Made by a program: the position numbers and the translations under genes. The notes under the pieces are model-generated. The model had not been told where the DNA came from, did not search any database, and saw only the letters and a program-made list of their open reading frames with translations. DNA of 16,741 nucleotides. It comes from Azolla caroliniana. Taxonomy: Eukaryota > Plantae > Polypodiophyta. Below, piece after piece: positions 9,241 to 16,741 of the stretch. Position 1 is the stretch's first letter, and each line of letters begins with the position of its first letter. The stretch covers positions 1 through 16,741 of the forward strand of contig JBHGNT010000724.1 in the NCBI GenBank assembly GCA_043228905.1, written 5' to 3'.

Positions 9241-9510
9241 ATTTTTTTGTTTAACGTTGTGCAAATAGGGTCACATTTCTTTCAAGCTATGATGATTCCA
9301 AAGCATGGAGATAAATGCTACATGTCATGAACATATGATGGTTGTTACAATATACTCTCATTTGGTAAAGCTTTTATTTTTTTGTTTAACATTGTGCAAA
9401 TGGGGTCACATTTCTTTCAAGCTATGATGATTCCAAAGCATGGAGATAAATGCTACATGTCATGAACATATGCTGGTTGTTACAATATACTCTCATTTGG
9501 TAAAGCTTTT
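9241..9510. repeat. 135-bp tandem duplication
   Basis: 9241-9375 and 9376-9510 differ by three substitutions. Confidence 0.97.
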
Positions 9511-9929
9511 TCAGATTTTGATAGCTTTTAAAAAACTGTGGTATAATGTTGATAGATCAACATTGATATTCTTATCTTTTGTTTTTCTTGGAGAAGCATA
9601 TAGAAGTCAAAGCTAAGAAAGTAGTTATGACTCCAAGATCACATTTGCTTTACAAGGTATATTCTAAGACCTTGCACTTGCGTCTTAGAAGTTTACGATC
9701 CAAAGTTTAAAAGTGGTTTCTAAGTTTCCTTGAATATCTAACTTGAAGAGGTTATATTGATGCTCAAATGGAACCTAACGTGTCGTACTATTTTAGTTGG
9801 ATAAATAATGTATAGAGTAATTGAACACATGTGCTTGGGTAGATGATGTGTTTGTTGAGAGGCATCCAAAGTTTGGATGTCAAAGGGTAAAGAGCATGGA
9901 GAAAAGTTTGATAAGTTTCCTCCATTACT

Positions 9930-10448
9930 CTTCAAGAAAAATGTTAATGTAGATCATGCATATCCTATAAGTGATTCATTGTTAATCTTCAAGAAAAGGT
10001 TAATGCCAATGACGGCTTGCACATATTTTGTCAATTATCTCCAAGCACTTGTCTATAAGCATTTCTTAGTTACTCTCAAACCGAAATATTAATGTAGATA
10101 ATGTTCTTATGCAAGTATTTTTTGACGCTCTTCAAAGCAAAATATACTAGTGTAGGTGATGATCTTATGTGAGCTTTTCTTTGTCATTGTCCTAAGCAAA
10201 ATGTGTTAATGCAGATGATGTCCTTTTGTTTGTGTTTTGTTGTTACGAGACACACAAATGATAACGAAGATGTCCTACTAGCGTTTCTCATACTTGTAGT
10301 GAATGTTAATGTGGAGGATGTGATTGTCCTCTTGTAACCATTTCTTCGTGTGAATATGAATGTAGATGTTCTTTAAGTGTTTCTCTTGTGGTACGTAAAA
10401 CAAAAAGCCTTTCTTTGTGTATTGGTAGCAATTGTAATGTAGGTGATG
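9930..10448. repeat. Old degenerate repeat with core TGTTAATGTAGATGATG
   Basis: About 8 variant copies (e.g. aatgttaatgtagatcatg, atattaatgtagataatg, gtgttaatgcagatgatg, atgttaatgtggaggatg, ttgtaatgtaggtgatg) at irregular spacing of roughly 50-100 bp. Confidence 0.6.
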
Positions 10449-11633
10449 GGTATTTTGGTAATTTTAGTAAAGTCTCAGACTTGTTGGACTCATAAGGTTA
10501 GTCACACACACACATTTGCTTTTAACGAAGGTGGTGCCAATAAATCAATATACTTTTGAAGTTCTAGAAAAACGTGTTTTTAGTCTCTTTTAACCAAGTA
10601 TGTAGTGTCACCTTGACCCTACAAAAAATCATTGGTTTAAAGAAAGGGACTTCCACACATGACCTCATCTTACAACTCCAACTCGTAACCAATAACGTAT
10701 TTTATTTACATAATCTATAATTATTGTGACAATCCAGCTATACATGATCCCCACATGACGTCCATGCAAATAGCCAAAGTGGTGGCCATCTGGTGACGAT
10801 GCATAACATGATGGTGTAGTATATGTAGAGAAGGTATTTTGTTGTTCCCAACAGTTTTTACAAATGCTAGAATCAGTTCAGATATACTGGTGGAGATGAA
10901 ACAATATTATGTACTATTTGTATACTGCCTTCGGGCTTTTTATTAATACCAATGGAGCATATGTTTTATGGTAAAAAAGGTATTTTGTTGTTGGAGCAAA
11001 TTTGGTTTAATGCTCGTCTTTGGCATATCCTTACAAAGCTTGTCCCTCTTGTTTAGAATCCAAATTCCTTTTCTTATTATTTTGTTTTTCGATTCAATCT
11101 ACTTTCTGGGTTTGGTATGTAATAAATTGAATTAGATTCCCTTTTTTCCTTTTTGATTCATGAGAACCATAACAAAAGTTTTTTCATAGCCATGGGGGTC
11201 TATTAGGAAGCAAGAATACTTGTGCATCTTGTTAGAGCTTTAGTGTCTTACAACCAAATTTATAGCACGAGGACGAGAATCAATGACTTCTTAGAAACTT
11301 ACAACAATTCAGTACTAAGGAGGCTAATAAGAAATGAACCAGTAGGAGTTCTCAAGACTTACCAACTAGAAGGAGGATTAGTTAGTTTGCTCCTCTCATT
11401 AGCTTTGTTAGGCATCTCTACATTTCAACATACAAAGTAGCAGGTCTACCACATTATTGTTGTCAAGGATGGCTCAATCATCTTTTGTATGGAATAAGAA
11501 GAGGAAAGAAATTATAGAAGATCTCGTAGATACAAAATGGCTTCAAGATAGTCTAGTAGAGGACTTTGTGGAGGCTAGAAAGACATGGGATGGGACTTTA
11601 CCAAGCAAGCCATTTACTATCCCATCATAAGTC

Positions 11634-11750
11634 TTGTGGAATCCTTTAAAAGTTTACATGTCAAATGCTATTATTCTTTTCTTTCCTGGGAAGATGCCTT
11701 CTGCAAATGAGGTGGCTCAATGGATAAATGCCATGTTTAAATCTCCTTTA
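11634..11750 (+). mobile_element. Possible LINE ORF1 (DUF4283-like) fragment
   Basis: NAIILFFPGKMPSANEVAQWINAMF loosely resembles the plant L1 ORF1 N-terminal pattern (hydrophobic stretch, F.G..P....L..W). The match is short and weak. Confidence 0.3.
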
Positions 11751-12081
11751 ACATATAGAGATAAAATGGTTCATGCATTGCCGTGGTCTTTGACAAAAGA
11801 CTATCAAGGGCTAATTCGTCACAAATGTCTTGTCTAGGTGGAAGTGCTTAACTTTCCACGAAATTGGAATCACTTGTTACCTGTCAAGATAGAGAGAAAG
11901 AGAGGAAAAGAGATACAGTGTTAAGATAGAAAGAGAGAATTGAAAAGAAAGTATTGTATTGTAATATAAGATGGAGTACAAAGAGTAGACAGTAGGGAGC
12001 TATAGGATGGCGTTGAACCAATTTGGTTTTTGGAGGATTGATGGATCCCTATTTATAAGTCCCTATAGAGTAATATAGATT

Positions 12082-12156
12082 ACTCTAGAATATTCTAGGA
12101 CATTCTAGAATATAGAGTAATGTAGTAGTCTAGAAGGTTCTAGCATAGAATATTCT
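12082..12156. promoter_or_regulatory. Heat-shock element cluster in LTR U3
   Basis: Phased pentamers CTC-GAA-TTC-GGA-TTC-GAA at 12083-12110 include CTAGAATATTCTAG (= CTnGAAnnTTCnAG). A second CTAGAAGGTTCTAG is at 12130-12143 and a third GAATATTC at 12148-12155. Confidence 0.65.
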
Positions 12157-12195
12157 TACGATATTAGATTATATACTCTAAAAACCATACACATA

Positions 12196-12268
12196 AACAT
12201 GTTACTACAATGGTTAAGGATTTGACATGTGCATAACAAGGTTGTGGGTTCAAATCCTTTCGAGGCAT
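12196..12268 (+). other. tRNA-like sequence (Pol III A/B boxes) inside the LTR, antisense to the element
   Basis: A-box-like TACTACAATGGTTAAG from 12203 and AAGGTTGTGGGTTCAAATCC (variable loop plus T arm; B box GGTTCAAATCC at 12247-12257). U8-to-T54 spacing is 46 nt. Acceptor and anticodon stems are not intact. Confidence 0.6.
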
Positions 12269-12292
12269 GACATTGTGAGTGTCATCATGACA

Positions 12293-12307
12293 TTATCCCC
12301 CTTCTTC
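12293..12307 (-). other. Polypurine tract
   Basis: GAAGAAGGGGGATAA lies directly before the LTR TGTCA and overlaps the pol stop codon (12308..12306). Confidence 0.9.
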
Positions 12308-12339
12308 AACGAAACGTCTCATGGGTCGTAGGGCTTGTA

Positions 12340-12495
12340 GCAGGACCTGGTTTATGAGGATAGTCACGATGAAATGTGGTGACCATGTCCGCGGCATTGG
12401 AAAGATTTGTTGGGGGTATAGCCTACCCAATCAACCAAGTAATACAACTTGTTGCGCACGATTTTAGAATCGAGAATGGCAGCAACCTCAAATTC
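12340..12495 (-). pseudogene. Integrase C-terminal chromodomain (with internal frameshifting deletion)
   Basis: EFEVAAILDSKIVRNKLYYLVDWVGYTP / NLSNAADMVTTFHRDYPHKPGP; the usual TWEP segment is missing. Confidence 0.88.
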
Positions 12496-14410
12496 GGGTC
12501 CTTCCAAGAACTCAACAAGTGGTGGGGGAGCTATAAGACGACCTGAATTGAACTTGTGGCGTAAGGTTCCAAAAGGGATACATGAAACACTGGATGAAGA
12601 CGCATGTGCGGAGGGAGGCCAAGACGAAATACAACATCACTTATCTTACTAATGATCATGTATGGGCCAAAACGTTGGTAATCCAATTTACCGCAAGGCC
12701 GAGTAGTCTTGATGTTGTGTTGGAGAAGCCATGCACGATCCCCAACACGGATTTTTTTTGAGGAATCTAGGTGATGACGATCCGCAAGCCTCTTGTGTGT
12801 AACTTGAGCATCATGCAATTGTGAAGAATGGTAGCGTGAATTTCGTGGAGGCGACTAAGACGATCCTCAACAATAGGGTTGGTAGGCACTTATGGATGCG
12901 CATTCATTGTCCGTCGAGGATGATGACCAGTATTTGCAAAAAATGGGGAATATCCCATAGAAGAATGAACCGAGTCGTTGTAAGCAAATTCAGTCAATTA
13001 CAGAAAATCAACCCCAGATGATTGGTAGTTGATGAAACAAGGAAGATATTGGTCCAATGTCTGGTTGGTACGCTCCGTTTCGCCATTAGTCTCAGGATGA
13101 TAGCCCGAAGAAAGCTTAGGCTAAATTTGGAGAATTTTGAGTGTGTGCTTCCAAAACTTTGAGATAAATTGTGGACCCCGATCACTAATAATATCATCTG
13201 GAAGACCATGGTGCTTAAATACCTCCCGCATAACTAGATCGACCGCCTCTTGACTGGTAATAGACTTCATACATGGCAAGAAATGTGCCATTTTGGTAAG
13301 TCGATCAACCACTGTGAGAATTGCATCATAACCTTGTGAAACTGGGAGATCAGTAATGAAATCCAAGGAAATAAACTTCCAAGGATTTTCCGGAATGGGA
13401 AGTGGTTGTAGTAAGCCATAGGATTGGTGTCAAGGACTCTTTGATCGACAACATGTATCACAATTCTGAACATACGCCTCAACAAAATGGCGAAGGCGAG
13501 GCCACCAATATTGTCGAGAAATTAATTCTAGAGTTTTGCGTACTCCAAAATGTCTAGCCATTGGTGAGTCATGGCAGTGTTGTAAAACTTGTAGTCGTGG
13601 GGGACCATCAGGAACATACAATAGGTTTTGTCGAAATAGAAAACCACCATGCCAATAGAACTGACGATAATCATTATGAGGGTTTTTCGACTGCGAGCAA
13701 GAAGCACGATTTGGGACAATATGATCCAAAACATCCTTGGCGAATTCATCAGTGGCCATATGATCTCAAATGAAATCAAGAAGAGTGGAATCTTCAAGTG
13801 TTGTTATGGCATTAACTACCATTAATCGTAGGCGATTAGGACCCAAAAGGATTTGTTTTTGATGCTCAAATGCAGGTTCCCCTGGACGAAGTTCTATATA
13901 AGAGCATCGAGAAAGCGCATCTGCTTTGCCTTGCTGCATCCCAAGGCGATATATGGTTACAAAGTCGAAGTGGGTCAAAAATTGCACCCATTGGGCTTGT
14001 TGCCGACTCAAGACTCGAGCATTTTGAAAATATGCCAGGTTCTTATGATCATTGTAGACAATGATCTAATGAGAAGAGCCTTCTAGTAAATGTCGCCATT
14101 GTTGAAAAGAATCCATGATTGCAAGAAGTTCTTTGTCATGGATCTCGTAGTTGATCTCTGTAGCTTCAAACTTTCGGGAATGAAAGGTGACAGGGTGTAG
14201 CTCTCCGTCATCTCCAACCTGCGATAGGACAATTCCTAGTGCAAAATCGGATGCATCAGTTTCAAGGATGAAGCATTTTGTTGGGTCGACATGTGCTAAA
14301 ATAGGTGCCGTTGTAAACGCCCATTTTATACTTTCAAATGCCTCGGCTGCATGTGAACTCCATATGAATGGTTGATTTTTGTGTGTGCGTTGAGTGAGCG
14401 GAAGCACAAA

Positions 14411-14980
14411 TGTTAGGATGGCACTTAGATAAAATAGTACATCAGTTTAAATAGATGACAATAATATGATAATATAGGAGCGGAGAAATAAATGACACAA
14501 GTATTTACGTGGTTCGGCCAAATTAGCCTAGGTCCACGGACAGGAGAGTGATTCCACTATAAGAAAATATAACAGAGAGTTTACAACAATTAGAGAAAAT
14601 ATTCTCTAATTAAACCCAACACCCAAGAGAATAACCTCACAATTCTCTCACAAGAATTTTCTCTCAAATAATGTTCCCAAACACTCTAATTCTCTCAAAT
14701 CTCACAAGCCTACAACTCTTGGTAGTCTTCAAATTTCGGATGCCTCATCAAATGACTAAGGCTGCTTTTATTTATAGCCCTCACTTCACTGACTTTTGCA
14801 TAATAATGATGCACGTGGCCTTCCTATATTCACCAAGAGTGATGACTTTGCAATTTAATTAACAAAGCATATAGCTTACTCATTAAGTCTTTCAATTAGT
14901 CATCATGCTTTGTGTAGATCATGCAGATGAGAGACATGGCTTTCCATAAACCACAACAATTAATTCAAGTCATTTAAACA
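14411..14980 (-). mobile_element. 570-bp solo LTR (Copia-type) nested in the Gypsy pol
   Basis: TGTT...AACA termini and a 5-bp TSD ACAAA/ACAAC (14406-14410, 14981-14985). Removing it restores YSKVVLPLT. Minus-strand TATA GGCTATAAATA. The motif GTGGACCTAGGC..TTGGCCGAACCACGTAAAT is typical of plant Copia LTRs. Confidence 0.88.
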
Positions 14981-15589
14981 ACAACCTTAGAATAATTTTT
15001 AATAAATTTCCGATAAAAGTTCGCAAACCCGAGAAAACATTGCACATCGCGCATTTAAACAGGTGTCTGCCACTCGAAAATTGCTTGAACCTTCATGGGG
15101 TCCATAGAAATACCATCTGATGATACAACGTACCCCAAAAATTCCACTTGATTTTGGTTGAAACTACACTTTTCTAATTTTGCGTAGAGACCATATTCTC
15201 GTAGTCAAGATAGTACTCGACGAACATGTTCATCATGCTCCTCTTGGGTCTTCGAGTAGATCAAAATGTCATCTAGGCAAACTATAGTGAAGATATCGAG
15301 AAAATCTTGAAAAATATCATTCGCCATATGCTGGAAAATTGCAGGTGCATTTGTGAGACCGAATGGCATCACAGTATACTCGAAATGTCCATAGTGAGTG
15401 CGAAAAGCAGTATTCCATTCATCCCCCAAATGAATCCGAACTAGATTATATGCACCACGAAGGTCCAATTTCGTGAAATATTTTGCTCCACTAAGACGTT
15501 CCAAAAGATTCGGGATTAACGGTAGAGCATATCTATTCTAGATGGTCACTTTGTTTAGTCCTCGATAATCCACGACCAACCGAAGAGAT

Positions 15590-15840
15590 ATTTGTTATAA
15601 TTATGCTTGTACGCAGGCGTGTGGAAACCGAAAGGTATAGGAGATGCGTGACACACATTGATCACTGTTACAGTTTCTCATCGCATTAGCAGAGTAGCTG
15701 TTGTATCATTTCATAGAACACCTTAACACTGAATAACGATGACCTTGGTAGAGGCTTTTTGTATTAGTAGACATGTATGTAAGTTCAAGAGGTTCATTGT
15801 TTTTGAACCTCTTGAACTTACAGAGATGCATAAAGGTTTT
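15590..15840. other. 251-bp foreign insertion in RT, without TSD
   Basis: It splits IFFIKKK|(DG)|SLRLVVDY, and about 5 bp (GATGG) of the expected RT sequence is absent. Confidence 0.85.
15778..15822. repeat. Perfect 19-bp inverted repeat with 7-nt loop
   Basis: TGTAAGTTCAAGAGGTTCA-ttgtttt-TGAACCTCTTGAACTTACA. Confidence 0.97.
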
Positions 15841-16741
15841 CTTTTTCTTAATGAAGAAGATCGGTGCACCAGCAGGGAATCTAGAATGCCGAATGAATCC
15901 ATTTGCGAGATTCTCATCGATATATTCCCGCAAAGTCCCTAGCTCTACAGGGGAGATATTATAAATTGGGCCCCATGGAGGTTCTTTCCCTGGTTGTAAG
16001 TTAATAGCGCATTTGTATGGCCGATGCTCTGGCAATGTATTGACCTTCACCTTATCAAAGACGTCGGAGAACTCTTTGTATTTCTCAGGTAGTTTAATGT
16101 CCCCTTCATGTAAGGTGGATGATGGAGTTGCTACTATTGCAAATATAAACATATCCTCGATCCCCCCCTTCCTCACGTAACTAGCGTAAAGAGATAGTTG
16201 ATAACTTATGGGATCTAGTATCAAATGTCAGAGAGTTGAGGGATGCGAGCTTTGTTCCTTCTTCCCGGGTCTCCTCAATTGTCCTTTTCATCCAATCAAT
16301 CTTCGGGTTATGGAGTTCAAACCAAGGGAGACCTAGAACTATTGGGTGTTCCAGACTGTGAATAATGTTGAAAGAGATCATGCTTGCCAATCGCCAAGAA
16401 CTATACAAATTGGCTCAGACTCCTCGACTATATCACTTGATGCTATGGGACGACCATCAATGACTCCTACGACTACTGGGTTTGGGAGCTTATTCAAAAG
16501 GATGTTTTGTGACAATGCAAATTCACGATCCATGAAACAAGAGTTGGCTCCAGAATCTAGGAGGGCAGAGGCTAGGACTCGATAACATGTAGATGTGGTA
16601 AGCTCAACTTGTGTAGAAAAAACTCTACTCACTTGACTCGATGAAATGGAACCACGACTAGGAACTAACTCTACATATCTAGGAATGGTCCAACCAAATG
16701 GCTCCTATTTTGGCCGGACTTACTCGTTTAACACATCCTCT

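Larger units (their letters stand above)
11882..12292 (-). repeat. 3' LTR (411 bp) of the Gypsy element
   Basis: TGTCA...TGACA inverted termini, beginning right after the PPT. TATA box CTTATAAATAGGG (minus strand) at about 12047-12059. The flanking 5 bp TTACC (11877-11881) is the expected TSD half. Confidence 0.85.
11882..16741 (-). mobile_element. Defective Ty3/Gypsy chromovirus (Tcn1-like) LTR retrotransposon; 5' part lies beyond the window
   Basis: Domain order on the minus strand is PR (ALLDSGANSCF), RT ([50 protein letters not shown]), RH (LETDASDFALG, NYEIHDKELLAI), INT (HFGVRKT..YWWP..CDTC, MDFITDLP, SDRGPQF, GPY/HPVFHVSLL), chromodomain, stop, PPT, LTR. There are numerous stops and frameshifts. 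Confidence 0.97.

Noticed and set aside
12196-12268. Functional tRNA gene
   Set aside because: Acceptor and anticodon stems do not pair, the T stem is imperfect, and no anticodon can be assigned.
15590-15840. Helitron or group II intron identity for the insert
   Set aside because: It lacks 5'-TC and 3'-CTRR ends, and has no GTGCG start or domain V motif.
12449-16585. Plus-strand ORFs within the Gypsy element
   Set aside because: They are antisense shadows of the minus-strand pol.

Overview
AT-rich land-plant nuclear DNA, probably a fern or other non-seed plant (an inference from the Tcn1-like chromovirus). It holds two host genes arranged head-to-head. The first coding exon of urease accessory protein D (UreD) is at 144..16 on the minus strand and is missed by the ORF track. 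A complete 4-exon thymidine kinase (TK1-type, 298 aa, long N-terminal extension) is at 6203..8120 on the plus strand. Between them lie a decayed Copia pol remnant, an L1-like LINE fragment and a small foldback element. Just after the TK stop codon is an array of about 12 units of 45-54 bp, each with a fixed-geometry hairpin and partial complementarity to miR165/166. From 11882 to the window end is a dead chromodomain-bearing Ty3/Gypsy element (minus strand). Its 411-bp 3' LTR contains a TATA box, phased heat-shock elements and a tRNA-like A/B-box module. Its pol is interrupted by a 570-bp solo LTR and by a 251-bp foreign insert with a perfect 19-bp hairpin.
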